Shown here: positions 1-9,290 of the stretch, piece by piece
Layout of the letters: each line of letters opens with the position of its first letter
Position numbering within the stretch: the first letter of the stretch is position 1
Program-made: the position numbers and the translations under genes
NCBI GenBank assembly: GCA_937969485.1
Contig: CALBVQ010000128.1
Coordinates: forward strand, 1 to 42,690
DNA: 42,690 nt
Direction: 5' to 3'
Source: an uncultured Saprospiraceae bacterium
Lineage (GTDB): Bacteria; Bacteroidota; Bacteroidia; Chitinophagales; Saprospiraceae
The notes under the pieces: generated by a model
Databases searched by the model: none
Told to the model about the DNA's origin: nothing
Seen by the model: the letters and a program-made list of their open reading frames with translations, nothing else

Positions 1-165
1 GTAATACCAATTCTATTTTAAGGTTTCACTTTATTTTCAAGAATTATTAAATCAAGTACGAGACAGAAAACGCAAAGATTGCCTTAGCTATCATGAGTAT
101 TTCTAACGAAGTAATTGCTTTTATAAACTTGAAAATATGCGAAATTCTAAAACAGAATTGGTATA
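1..165 (+). repeat. MITE-like / long-hairpin repeat element, copy A. Imperfect inverted arms at ~4-41 and ~128-164 flank an ~86-nt core.
   Basis: ATACCAATTCTATTTTA (4-20) is the reverse complement of TAAAACAGAATTGGTAT (148-164) with 1 mismatch. TTTTCAAG (34-41) pairs with CTTGAAAA (128-135). Positions 2-116 recur at 42576-42690 with 7 substitutions. No ORF. Confidence 0.6.
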
Positions 166-207
166 AATTGTTTCATAGTTCATAAAGACAACAGCTCAGC
201 CCTAAGC

Positions 208-245
208 AAAAAAAAATGAGCACCTTTAAGTGCTCATTTTTCTTA
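208..245 (-). terminator. Rho-independent terminator downstream of the 275..2665 gene, bidirectional in form
   Basis: Stem TGAGCAC (217-223) / GTGCTCA (230-236) with a 6-nt loop. It is flanked by A9 (208-216) and a T-run (237-241), so a U-tract follows the hairpin on either strand. It lies 30 nt past the stop codon at 275. Confidence 0.8.
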
Positions 246-274
246 GAAATCTGTCGTATATTTTTTTATTCTTC

Positions 275-2665
275 TTACTTCGTAATCACAACAGTCTTTA
301 TGACACTAGTTGCATTGTCCAGTTTTACAGCTACCACATAAGTGCCAGTTGCTAGACCGCTAACATTAATCGTTAGTGTGCTAGTAGCAGCTGGTTCAAC
401 ATTCATTACTCTTTGCCCCAGTGCATTGAAAATTTCAACTGTGCTAATATTCGCTTCCTTGTGGTCAAGTTGAATCACATCCGTAGCTGGGTTAGGGAAG
501 ATCTTCAAATTAGAATCTTCAGTTACTGTAATGTTAGCAGGTAATCCGCGTACGATAAATTGATCAAATCCCGCTTCCACAATATTCCCCGATCCCGGTA
601 AATCGCTTGTTTGAACGATTAAAGTCATATTATCAGTGATCTCAATCTCTCCATCAAGAGCTACGATAAAAGGCTCTGTCCACACATCGTTCCCTTCCAA
701 ATTCTGGTACGTTTCAAATAGTATTTCCTCTGTCCCATTATTGACATAGACATTCAGCACATCATCACTTGCCATTTGTCCACCAGCAGTCATAAACCAA
801 AGAGAGAATTCAATAGTAGGATTCACGTGAGTAGTCAAATCCATAACTGGCGATGTAAGAGTTGTAATTCCGTTATCTAGATCATCTGAAAATGATGAAG
901 CACCAGCAGCATTGCCCGTAACGTAACATTGACGTCCAAGATCACCTTCTACATCTTCTCCGGGATTAAAGGTCGTTCCATTATCTGTTGTGCCATTCGG
1001 AAATCCTCGTACCCACGCTCCAGTAAAACTTCCTAGCTCTTCATTTACAACCGTCCATCCAAGGTCGAGAGCAAAATCATCCATGTAACCTTCTTGTAGT
1101 TCAAATGTCACGGTTTCTGCAGCCTCAATCGAAAATGACTCAAAGCCAATATTTTCATAACCCCACTTTCCAGCAAAGATATTGTACGAGCCTAAAACAA
1201 CAGTTTCGCTTGCCAAACCATTCTCATCGGTCTTCAATACATATTGTAATCCGTCTGTAATTAATTCTATTTGAGAAGAAGGAATTGAAGCTCCAGTTAT
1301 TTTGTCTACAACTTCGAAGTTGACTGCAAACGTTGGCTTAGCGCCCATTTCTACATCAACTATGGTCAACTCTCCATTTACCAAAGTTGCTTCAACACTT
1401 TCAGTGGTATACAACGGATGAGTAAAAGTTACAGTGAATGTGCCTGGATCTACCTGTCCATATTTGTAATCGCCTATAGCATTCGTTCTCTCAGGATCGT
1501 ATTGTCCTGATTCCACAGTAACAAGCACATCGTTTATCGCTGCTCCAGTATTAATATCAGTCACATTTCCTTCTAAGTAGCATGCCCTTTTATAATCTAC
1601 ATTGAAAACATAGAATCCTGAATTTATATCATTCGCTAATACAACTCCTGAAGGTAAAAAAGGTGTTGTCCCCCAACATCCAGAGAATCCACCGTCAGCT
1701 CCATCATACGTATCATATTGTGCAACTTGTACCATATTGTCTGGTTTGTTACCGTCAACAACTACTAGCCCTGAAGTATACCAAGATGTTACTAAGTACC
1801 CATTGTGGTAATGCGTATTATGAGGAATTGTCCCTGTGCCTTCAGTTCCAGGCACTTGGAATTTATCAAGCAATATCATGTTCGTAGGATCAGAAACATC
1901 ATATGCATCTAAAAATGCATTGGCTCTTTCATCAGTCGTGAATGCATATGTATTGGTAGGATCAGCCCATATATTGTGTGTAAAGTCTGTTGTTGTAACC
2001 ACGGAACCTAGTTCTACTGGGGCTGTCTTGTCAGATACATCAAACATTACCATTTCACCATCGAAAATGACACTCGAGTAAAGCGTATCACCCTTTGCAT
2101 AATCATCGTGATGATAAGGACCTTCAATTCCTCCTATCCGTGGCGGATCCCAAGGATCAACATTGGGGTCGAAAAAGTCAGCTCCTCGTCCATGGCATCC
2201 TGCTAGGTAAATGATTCCATTTTCATCTATGAATATATTGTGACATCTTTCCAATGTGATGGAACCTCCAGTTGAAATGGGTAATTCTGGTTTTCTAAAA
2301 ACGGATTCTATATTTTCAGGAGCACCTTGCATATCGATAATAAGAAGGCCGTCATTTCCAGCGTCTGTAGTTACATATACATATTCTCCCCATTGTTTCA
2401 TGTCTCTCCAAGTCGAATTAGAACCCGCAATAAATGCTCTTTCAATAGGACTTGCCGGATCTTCTAAACTGTATACAAGTGTACCTGTGGTGGTCCCCAC
2501 TATAGCATATTCAGTGCCATCTGGCGCTACATAGCCCCAGATATCATTTCCATTTCCTTTTCCATCTGCAACAAAATCAATATGTGCTACTAAATCAACA
2601 TTAATTTGAGTAGAAGCGAAAAAACTTAGCAACATGAATGCGCAAAGCGATACGTATTTTATCAT
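275..2665 (-). CDS. Secreted choice-of-anchor B (LVIVD-like beta-propeller) protein with a CarboxypepD_reg-like domain and a T9SS type A C-terminal sorting domain
   Basis: 796-aa ORF. Signal peptide MIKYVSLCAFMLLSFFASTQ. NDIWGYVAPDGTEYAIVGTTTGTLVYSLEDPASP resembles the choice-of-anchor B/LVIVD signature. YLEGNVTDINTGAAINDVLV resembles a carboxypeptidase-regulatory fold. The C-terminus KIFPNPATDVIQLD...GTYVVAVKL...VVITK is a typical T9SS CTD. Confidence 0.85.
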   Translation of the reverse strand: MIKYVSLCAFMLLSFFASTQINVDLVAHIDFVADGKGNGNDIWGYVAPDGTEYAIVGTTTGTLVYSLEDPASPIERAFIAGSNSTWRDMKQWGEYVYVTTDAGNDGLLIIDMQGAPENIESVFRKPELPISTGGSITLERCHNIFIDENGIIYLAGCHGRGADFFDPNVDPWDPPRIGGIEGPYHHDDYAKGDTLYSSVIFDGEMVMFDVSDKTAPVELGSVVTTTDFTHNIWADPTNTYAFTTDERANAFLDAYDVSDPTNMILLDKFQVPGTEGTGTIPHNTHYHNGYLVTSWYTSGLVVVDGNKPDNMVQVAQYDTYDGADGGFSGCWGTTPFLPSGVVLANDINSGFYVFNVDYKRACYLEGNVTDINTGAAINDVLVTVESGQYDPERTNAIGDYKYGQVDPGTFTVTFTHPLYTTESVEATLVNGELTIVDVEMGAKPTFAVNFEVVDKITGASIPSSQIELITDGLQYVLKTDENGLASETVVLGSYNIFAGKWGYENIGFESFSIEAAETVTFELQEGYMDDFALDLGWTVVNEELGSFTGAWVRGFPNGTTDNGTTFNPGEDVEGDLGRQCYVTGNAAGASSFSDDLDNGITTLTSPVMDLTTHVNPTIEFSLWFMTAGGQMASDDVLNVYVNNGTEEILFETYQNLEGNDVWTEPFIVALDGEIEITDNMTLIVQTSDLPGSGNIVEAGFDQFIVRGLPANITVTEDSNLKIFPNPATDVIQLDHKEANISTVEIFNALGQRVMNVEPAATSTLTINVSGLATGTYVVAVKLDNATSVIKTVVITK

Positions 2666-2794
2666 TAGTAATTCTTTTATTTATTAAGCCGCTAATTTAG
2701 GAGTTTTATTCAGTTTTTAGAGCGAATAGATCTATTCATTAAGACATTTGTGTCACAATGGGAGATTTTAACTTTAGGATGGTCCGCTACTTAA

Positions 2795-3223
2795 CTATTC
2801 CCCGAGTACCATGGTAGTCAAACGGCTTATACAGCATAGCTTTTCTCGTGAATCGTAAATTTTGATATCCCACACATGAATTTTTCTTCCCACGCGGATC
2901 GGTGAGACAATTCCAGTAATTGTGTCCCCTTCCTTGACTGCCTTCAAGTGATTTGCATTGATTTCGACTCCTACAGCTCCGTGGCTCGCAGCTTTTACAC
3001 TTGAAATTACGCTTGCCACCGAACCTAGCGTTTCTGCAAATGCCACAGACGCTCCTCCATGTAGAATTCTCATTGGTTGAACGGCCTTAGAAGTTACGGG
3101 CATTGTAGCCTTTAGGTAATCATCTCCTATTTCAGTGAATTCCATTCCTAGGTGTTCTCCCATCGTGTCCTTTCCACCTGCATTTAGTGCTTCCAGTGTT
3201 ACACCGTCGATCCATATACTCAT
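2795..3223 (-). CDS. PaaI/YdiI-type hotdog-fold acyl-CoA thioesterase
   Basis: 142-aa ORF with the LHGGASVAFAETLGS core typical of PaaI-family thioesterases. It overlaps the miaA stop by 4 nt, suggesting an operon. Confidence 0.8.
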   Translation of the reverse strand: MSIWIDGVTLEALNAGGKDTMGEHLGMEFTEIGDDYLKATMPVTSKAVQPMRILHGGASVAFAETLGSVASVISSVKAASHGAVGVEINANHLKAVKEGDTITGIVSPIRVGRKIHVWDIKIYDSREKLCCISRLTTMVLGE

Positions 3224-4122
3224 AAAATCTCTTTTATTTTTTTTACAATTTGTGAATTCGCGTCAATGAATTCTGCATTATCAACTCCTCTAAACCAAGT
3301 TAGTTGTCGTTTTGCGTAATTTCTAGTGTGTTGTTTGATTTTTTCTATGGCTTCCGCCAAAAGCATTTTTCCTTCCAAGTGATCGAATAGTTCCTGGTAT
3401 CCTACTGTTTGTAATGCGCGCAGTTCTTTGTGTTTAACTAAGGTTTTGGCTTCCGCCAAAAGACCATCTTGCATCATATTATCTACCCGAGCATTAATGC
3501 GGTTGTAGAGTTCTTTGCGTTCTCGTTGAAGGACAAAATACCGAAAATTGTAGTTTAGCTTCTCTGGTTTAATCTCTGTGAAGCTTGTGTAGCTTTTTCC
3601 TGAAACTTTAATAATTGACAAGGCTCTAATGAGTCTACGAGAATTGTGAATGTCTATTTTCGCATAATGTACGGGATCTAGTTTCTTTAATTCTTCCTGC
3701 AATTGTTCAATTCCTGCTTTGCCCAACTTGGTTTCAAGTTCACTTGTAATTTCTGCAGGAACCTCTGGGAATTCATTTATTCCATGTAGCAAGGCTTTGA
3801 TGTATAATCCAGTTCCGCCAGTGACAACCACATGATCATTCTGTAGGAATATTTCTTCAATTTTTTGTCGGGCTTGACGCATGTAGTCTCCTGCTGAAAA
3901 GGGCTCGTGAATAGAGATGTGATTGACGAAGTGATGCGGCACTTCATTTAGTTGCTCTTTGGTTGGTTTTGCTGTACCTATCGACATTTGCTTATAGATT
4001 TGCCTGCTATCAGCTGATATAATCTCGGTACTGAGTGTTTGTGCGAGCTCTATAGCAGCGTCGGTCTTTCCTATGGCAGTTGGACCCGTGAGAATGATAA
4101 TGTTTTTAGATGCTGAGCTCAT
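3220..4122 (-). CDS. miaA: tRNA dimethylallyltransferase
   Basis: P-loop IIILTGPTAIGKT, plus SADSRQIYKQMSIGTAKP, GGTGLYIKAL and YAKRQLTWFR motifs. I place the start at the ATG at 4122 (MSSASKN...) rather than at the ORF-track start 4155. A CAAAAATA box (reverse complement TATTTTTG) lies at 4153-4160. Confidence 0.92.
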   Translation of the reverse strand: MSSASKNIIILTGPTAIGKTDAAIELAQTLSTEIISADSRQIYKQMSIGTAKPTKEQLNEVPHHFVNHISIHEPFSAGDYMRQARQKIEEIFLQNDHVVVTGGTGLYIKALLHGINEFPEVPAEITSELETKLGKAGIEQLQEELKKLDPVHYAKIDIHNSRRLIRALSIIKVSGKSYTSFTEIKPEKLNYNFRYFVLQRERKELYNRINARVDNMMQDGLLAEAKTLVKHKELRALQTVGYQELFDHLEGKMLLAEAIEKIKQHTRNYAKRQLTWFRGVDNAEFIDANSQIVKKIKEIL

Positions 4123-4140
4123 GATAGGGAAAAATATTAT

Positions 4141-4148
4141 TACATTTG
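4141..4148 (+). promoter_or_regulatory. Bacteroidota-type -7 promoter box TACATTTG (TAnnTTTG) for the acyltransferase gene
   Basis: Exact match to TAnnTTTG, 19 nt upstream of the ATG at 4167. I found no clear -33 TTG. Confidence 0.4.
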
Positions 4149-4152
4149 ACCA

Positions 4153-4160
4153 CAAAAATA
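4153..4160 (-). promoter_or_regulatory. Bacteroidota-type -7 promoter box TATTTTTG (minus strand) for miaA
   Basis: The plus strand reads CAAAAATA, whose reverse complement TATTTTTG matches TAnnTTTG. It lies 31 nt upstream of the miaA ATG at 4122. Confidence 0.35.
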
Positions 4161-4166
4161 AACTAA

Positions 4167-5369
4167 ATGATCTATTATATTTTGAGGCCTATTGTAAGTT
4201 GGGCTTTAAAATTATATTTTAAGAAAATCTATATTTCCGGATTGGAGAATATCCCCAAAGACAAAGCCGTAGTTTTTGCGAGCAATCACCCATCTGCATT
4301 TATTGAGCCATGTCTACTAGCGTGTTTTTTGCCTATTCAACTACATTTCTTGGTTCGAGGTGATTTGTTTTCGGTGGGCTGGCTTTCTTGGTTGCTAAAA
4401 GGAACTAATCAAATTCCTATTTTCCGCCAACGAGATGGTCTTGATAATGTGAGGAAGAATTTTCAAACGCAAGATAAGGTTCGCGAGTTATTTGCTGAAA
4501 ACAAAGCTGTGTTAATGTTTCCTGAAGCACATACTCATGAGAATCTATTCTTAAGACCACTTGCCAAAGGTATTGCTCGATTTTCATTTATGGACCATGG
4601 AGCAGATTGCTACATTGTACCAATTGGGGTGAATTTTGATAGGAATATTCCGTTCAATAGTAAGGTCTCTATTGTGATTGGAGAACCTTTACGAGTAGAG
4701 GATTACAAGAGTCAATCGGAAATGGTTCCTGCTAGGCAAATGAATTCCATGCTTACCGATCTCACGGTGTCTATGAAGGAGTGTTTGAGACACATTGATA
4801 ACGAGGAGTCAGAAGATACTATACTTAAGGTCTATCGATTATTAGATAATGAACGAAGGATTCCGATATTCCCAGTCCAAAGCACAAGTCGAGAGATTTT
4901 CAACGAAGAAAAACGTATCGCGAGCATTTTGGACGAAAGTCCACCTAAACTAAGGCAAGTACAAGAGTATTTATCTGGTAAAACCATAGAAAAGGCCTCA
5001 AAACCAACTCTGCTAGATTTAATGGGTATGGTCATTTTTCTGCCGTTATTTATGGTGGGATTCTGCTTACATATATTATGGGATCGATTAGCAAAGTACA
5101 TTGTTGAAACTAAAGCAGGGTCTCATGAATTTCGGGCACCGATATATGTGGCATTGATTATTTTTCAGTATATCTTTCTGGTCATTCTGCTGCTGATACT
5201 AATCCCTTTTTTGGGGAAAATCGGAATGTGGTTATTTCTTATATTTGTCTCAAGTGGTTTGTTTTCAGTTGCTTATCTGAAGCTGTGGGGAAACAAGTTG
5301 AAGTACATCTTACGCTGGCGGAGTGATTCAGACCACAAAACGAATTTACATAAAATAATATTCAAATGA
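4167..5369 (+). CDS. PlsC-family (lysophospholipid/glycerol-phosphate) acyltransferase with a C-terminal multi-TM extension
   Basis: 400-aa ORF. Acyltransferase block I reads FASNHPSAFIEP and block III reads LMFPEAHTHEN. The C-terminal ~110 aa is hydrophobic (MVIFLPLFMVGFCL..., IIFQYIFLVILLLILIPFLG...). Confidence 0.7.
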   Translation: MIYYILRPIVSWALKLYFKKIYISGLENIPKDKAVVFASNHPSAFIEPCLLACFLPIQLHFLVRGDLFSVGWLSWLLKGTNQIPIFRQRDGLDNVRKNFQTQDKVRELFAENKAVLMFPEAHTHENLFLRPLAKGIARFSFMDHGADCYIVPIGVNFDRNIPFNSKVSIVIGEPLRVEDYKSQSEMVPARQMNSMLTDLTVSMKECLRHIDNEESEDTILKVYRLLDNERRIPIFPVQSTSREIFNEEKRIASILDESPPKLRQVQEYLSGKTIEKASKPTLLDLMGMVIFLPLFMVGFCLHILWDRLAKYIVETKAGSHEFRAPIYVALIIFQYIFLVILLLILIPFLGKIGMWLFLIFVSSGLFSVAYLKLWGNKLKYILRWRSDSDHKTNLHKIIFK

Positions 5370-6382
5370 TGCGATCTATTCTTGTTCTATTGGCATGTGC
5401 TTGCTTGATTTCTTGTTCACAAAAGACGGAAGTCAAGACAGATAGTAAGGTTGCGTATGCCATGGTGATACATGGTGGAGCAGGAACAATCAAGAAAGAA
5501 AACATGACGGACGAGAAGGAAAAGGCCTATCTCGATAAGTTAAATCAGGCCTTGAGCGTGGGGGAGAAGATCTTGCAGAATGGAGGAACAGCAATGGATG
5601 CGGTAGTAGAAACGATTAAGTTGATGGAAGATTCGCCTTTATTCAATGCTGGAAAAGGAGCAGTTTACACAGCCGATGCAACGAATGAGCTTGACGCTTC
5701 AATCATGAATGGTGCGGATACGAATGGTGGCGCGGTCGCAGGAGTTAAAACAATCAAGAATCCCATCACTGCAGCGCGAGCAGTATATGAAAAATCAGTT
5801 CATGTCCTTCTGACAGGTGAAGGAGCTGAGGCTTTTGCCAAAAATAATGGCTGTGAGACTGTAAGTAACTCATATTTTGGGACTGAAAATAGACTGAAGT
5901 CCTTACGTAAATCACAAGCTAAAGACGATCAAGGAAATTATATTAACGCTAATCCTGACTATAAATACGGAACTGTAGGTTGCGTTGCACTTGACAAGAA
6001 TGGTAATATTGTGGCAGGAACCTCTACAGGGGGAATGACCAACAAGAAGTACAACAGAGTAGGGGACTCTCCGATATTGGGCGCGGGGACCTACGCTGAT
6101 AATGCCACATGTGGAGTTTCATCCACAGGACACGGAGAGTTTTTTATACGATACGCCGTTGCATACGACATTGCCGCTCGAATGGAATACAAAAAAATCT
6201 CCCTTAAAGAAGCAGCGAGAGAAGTTATTCAAGAGAAGTTAGTAGAAAAGGGAGGATCCGGAGGTATCGTAGCCCTTGATAACCAAGGAAACATCAGCAT
6301 GGAGTTCAATACTGCTGGTATGTACCGTGGCTTCGTAAAACCGAATGAACGCGTTGTCGAAATTTACGAATCAAAGAACTAG
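5366..6382 (+). CDS. Isoaspartyl peptidase / L-asparaginase (Ntn-hydrolase, asparaginase_2 family), lipoprotein
   Basis: Motifs HGGAGT, FNAGKGAV, the autoprocessing site GTVGCVALD and GAGTYADN. The lipobox-like signal is LLACACLISC. The start overlaps the upstream stop (ATGA). Confidence 0.9.
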   Translation: MMRSILVLLACACLISCSQKTEVKTDSKVAYAMVIHGGAGTIKKENMTDEKEKAYLDKLNQALSVGEKILQNGGTAMDAVVETIKLMEDSPLFNAGKGAVYTADATNELDASIMNGADTNGGAVAGVKTIKNPITAARAVYEKSVHVLLTGEGAEAFAKNNGCETVSNSYFGTENRLKSLRKSQAKDDQGNYINANPDYKYGTVGCVALDKNGNIVAGTSTGGMTNKKYNRVGDSPILGAGTYADNATCGVSSTGHGEFFIRYAVAYDIAARMEYKKISLKEAAREVIQEKLVEKGGSGGIVALDNQGNISMEFNTAGMYRGFVKPNERVVEIYESKN

Positions 6383-6537
6383 GATCTAGGAAAAATGAAA
6401 ATGAGCGAAGGGAGCAAAAGCCATTCTTTTCATGCGCTCTGGGTCAATCAAACTCAAAAAATAAAAACGAATACCTTGCCCTGAAAAGTTGCTAATCTAG
6501 GCAACTCTTTCAGTGATGCGTATGAGAGAGGCAGAAA

Positions 6538-6574
6538 CAAAAAAGGGCAGATTTTGAAGAATCAAAATCTACCC
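6538..6574 (-). terminator. Minus-strand intrinsic terminator-like hairpin about 210 nt downstream of the YfhO-like gene
   Basis: A 13-bp stem, GGGCAGATTTTGA (6545-6557) / TCAAAATCTACCC (6562-6574), with one mismatch and a 4-nt loop. It is preceded on the plus strand by CAAAAAA (6538-6544), so the minus-strand transcript ends in UUUUUUG. Confidence 0.55.
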
Positions 6575-6783
6575 ATTAACACACCATGAAAAACTTATCG
6601 TAAATATACATTTATTATATTGTTAATTACAACAGTTTATATTTATTTCTTTTTACAAATATTGATAGTGCATTCTCTGTTTGTTACGGTGTTTTTGGCT
6701 CAAATGCCCATAAATAGGGCGTTTAATTGTTGTTTATGCAAGTATAAATAGGTGAGTATTCAGCTTAAACTGTCTTCCAGCAC

Positions 6784-9213
6784 TCAAATTTTCTTTAGTT
6801 TTTCTGCTTGAGATGGTCTAAAAGTGAGATAGAAACCAGCTATTGTCAATAAAACAATCAGAATACTACAAACCAAACTAATGATTTCTCCAGTGTAGTA
6901 TGCCCTTGGCTTGAAAACCATTTCTATCGTATGTTTACCTGCAGGAATCTCTAAGGCTCTCAATAGATAATTGGCTCTTATTAAGTTTGCTTCCTTTCCA
7001 TCAATGTAAGCCTTCCAGCCCTGACCATCATACCACACCTCTGAAAATACAGCAAGTCCCACACCTGAATTATTACTTTCATAAACCATTTTGTCAGGAT
7101 GATAAGAAGTCAATGTGATCGTTCCAGCATTACTGTAGCTTGTGGAACTGAGGTTGAACTCTTTAGAAATTATCGCAGAAGACTTGAGATCTGTTGTCTT
7201 AATCTTATCGAATTCTTCCTTAGCAGAGTTTACAGTTACGGCATTGGATACAAACCATGCATTCCCGAATGCGGCACCATTTCGTTGCACTTCCTCAGCT
7301 CCTGGTGTACCTGTAATAAGATACTTAGTATTAAGCATATTCAGAGAATTAGGCTCACCTCTTATCAGGTATTCGTAAATTACATCATTGTAGCGCTGTA
7401 ATTTTGCCGCATGGTATCCACAAAGTGATTTGTTATGGAGCGAGGTTTTTGTCGAGTTGTAAGGTCCTTCTCCAGGTGAGGTAATGTCATGAACTCTGAA
7501 GTGCGGATCGGTGTCTCTATCTAGCTCAAGATCCACTGCGCGTGGAGCGAGTGAATTTTCGATCTTACGATTTTTTTCGAATGAATTGTGATCCAGATAT
7601 CTCATATCTACACCCCATAGATCGACTAATAGTAGAACACCAATTATAGCTACGGCAGCAACTTTTTTCAATTTACCTAGTAGTACTAAGTATAACGAAC
7701 CAGCAGTAAGTAAGGTAAACATCAGCGTTCTTAGTGCATCTGATCTCATCAATGACGCACGATCATTTACAAGGGCATCAACAACACCCGGATTTTGTGC
7801 ATATCTAGCATCACTGGCTGCTGAGAAATCAAAAAACGAAGGCCCTATGAATGCATAAATCAGACAAATTAGTGAGAGAACTGCTGCCACACCTATAATG
7901 ACTGACTTTAGATACTTTGTATTTTTTTCTATGTAATCTGCTTCCAAAAGCCTATTCATTCCCATGAAGGCAATGAAGGCGACCAATATTCCTGTTATGC
8001 TTGTGACAGAACTTGGGCTACGGAATTTATTTAGAAGAGGCACATTGTCGAATAGCAGTTTGTTAAACCACTCTATGTTACTACCCATGGACATTACTAC
8101 TGTAAGTAAGAAAGCTATTATTGCCCAATATCTCAATGTAGGTTTGACTACAAACAAAGAAATAAAAAATAGCAACATTGTGATTGCGCCTAAATACTGA
8201 GGTCCGCTCGTGAATGGTAATTTACCCCAGTACAACGGGGCAAACTTTGCTTTCGATCCAGGTCTACTAAAATATTTGGAGGAATCAGCTGACTTTGAAA
8301 TTTTTTCACTTGATCCTCCACCGGCAACACCAGGTATGTACATTGCCACGACATCGATCAAGCCATTACTCCAGTTCATTGCATAATTCCAGGCAAGACC
8401 TTCAACGGCACTGCTTGAATTAGGATCTGCCGATTGCTCTAGAATGGGTTTTCCCCTCATCGTACTTTTCTGGTATTCATATGTGGTCCAGATCTTACTT
8501 GCAGAACTACCTATAGCTATAACCCCCATTACTGTGAGTAAGGCAATACTCTTTCCTAAATGAGCTAATTCACCTTTCTTAACAAGCTCTATTCCTTTGA
8601 TGATAACGTAGATTCCAAGAATTATTCCTAGATAATAGGTCATTTGGAAGTGATTGGCATACAGTGAAATCGCCATACCTACTAGGAACATTAATGAGCC
8701 AACAATGTATTTTTTACGAAATACTTGTATAACACCTGCAAGTACAAGAATACTAACCATTAATACCCGTACCTTACTCGTGTGACCAGCCTCATAAAGA
8801 ACCATATTATTCGTACTGAATGCAAAGACAATTGAACCTATCAGCGCTATCCAACTATTGACGCCACATAAAATTAGCGCCAAATAAAACGCAAGCATAC
8901 CTGCAATAAAATAACCGGTGGGTCTTGGGAAAAATACTCCTAGCGATTTTTCATACCATTTACTCACGTTCTTCTGCGCAGGGGCCGTAATTTGGAAAGT
9001 GGGCATTCCACCAAACATGCTATTAGTCCACAATATGGTTTCGCCTTTCTTCTGATATTCTGCAACCTCACTGGACATTCCCTTGAATTGTTGAATGTCT
9101 GACTGTGGTATCGTCTTACCTGAAAATTGTGGTAAGAAATATAGACTAGAAATAAGAATGAATGCAATTACTGCGACTATATGGGGAAGTAGCTTAGTGA
9201 GGTCGAATTTCAT
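6784..9213 (-). CDS. YfhO-family polytopic membrane protein (putative glycosyl/lipid-linked sugar transferase)
   Basis: 809-aa ORF with more than 12 predicted TM segments, a large C-terminal extracytoplasmic domain and a final TM helix. The N-terminus (FLPQFSGKTIPQSDIQQFKGMSSE...ILWTNSMFGGMP) resembles Bacteroidota YfhO-like proteins as I recall them. Confidence 0.65.
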   Translation of the reverse strand: MKFDLTKLLPHIVAVIAFILISSLYFLPQFSGKTIPQSDIQQFKGMSSEVAEYQKKGETILWTNSMFGGMPTFQITAPAQKNVSKWYEKSLGVFFPRPTGYFIAGMLAFYLALILCGVNSWIALIGSIVFAFSTNNMVLYEAGHTSKVRVLMVSILVLAGVIQVFRKKYIVGSLMFLVGMAISLYANHFQMTYYLGIILGIYVIIKGIELVKKGELAHLGKSIALLTVMGVIAIGSSASKIWTTYEYQKSTMRGKPILEQSADPNSSSAVEGLAWNYAMNWSNGLIDVVAMYIPGVAGGGSSEKISKSADSSKYFSRPGSKAKFAPLYWGKLPFTSGPQYLGAITMLLFFISLFVVKPTLRYWAIIAFLLTVVMSMGSNIEWFNKLLFDNVPLLNKFRSPSSVTSITGILVAFIAFMGMNRLLEADYIEKNTKYLKSVIIGVAAVLSLICLIYAFIGPSFFDFSAASDARYAQNPGVVDALVNDRASLMRSDALRTLMFTLLTAGSLYLVLLGKLKKVAAVAIIGVLLLVDLWGVDMRYLDHNSFEKNRKIENSLAPRAVDLELDRDTDPHFRVHDITSPGEGPYNSTKTSLHNKSLCGYHAAKLQRYNDVIYEYLIRGEPNSLNMLNTKYLITGTPGAEEVQRNGAAFGNAWFVSNAVTVNSAKEEFDKIKTTDLKSSAIISKEFNLSSTSYSNAGTITLTSYHPDKMVYESNNSGVGLAVFSEVWYDGQGWKAYIDGKEANLIRANYLLRALEIPAGKHTIEMVFKPRAYYTGEIISLVCSILIVLLTIAGFYLTFRPSQAEKLKKI

Positions 9214-9290
9214 ATTTATTAATAATTTTTATACCTAAAAAAGTCTCAGGTAATAAATAAAAGATAAATATATGATATTTTACCATATGA

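Noticed and set aside
4123-4155. ORF-track N-terminal extensions: miaA to 4155, the small conserved gene to 10024, rpe from 11282, GT4 from 34644, and the response regulator to 42211
   Set aside because: In each case an internal ATG gives the canonical family N-terminus. The extension also overlaps a promoter box or terminator, or begins at a TTG.
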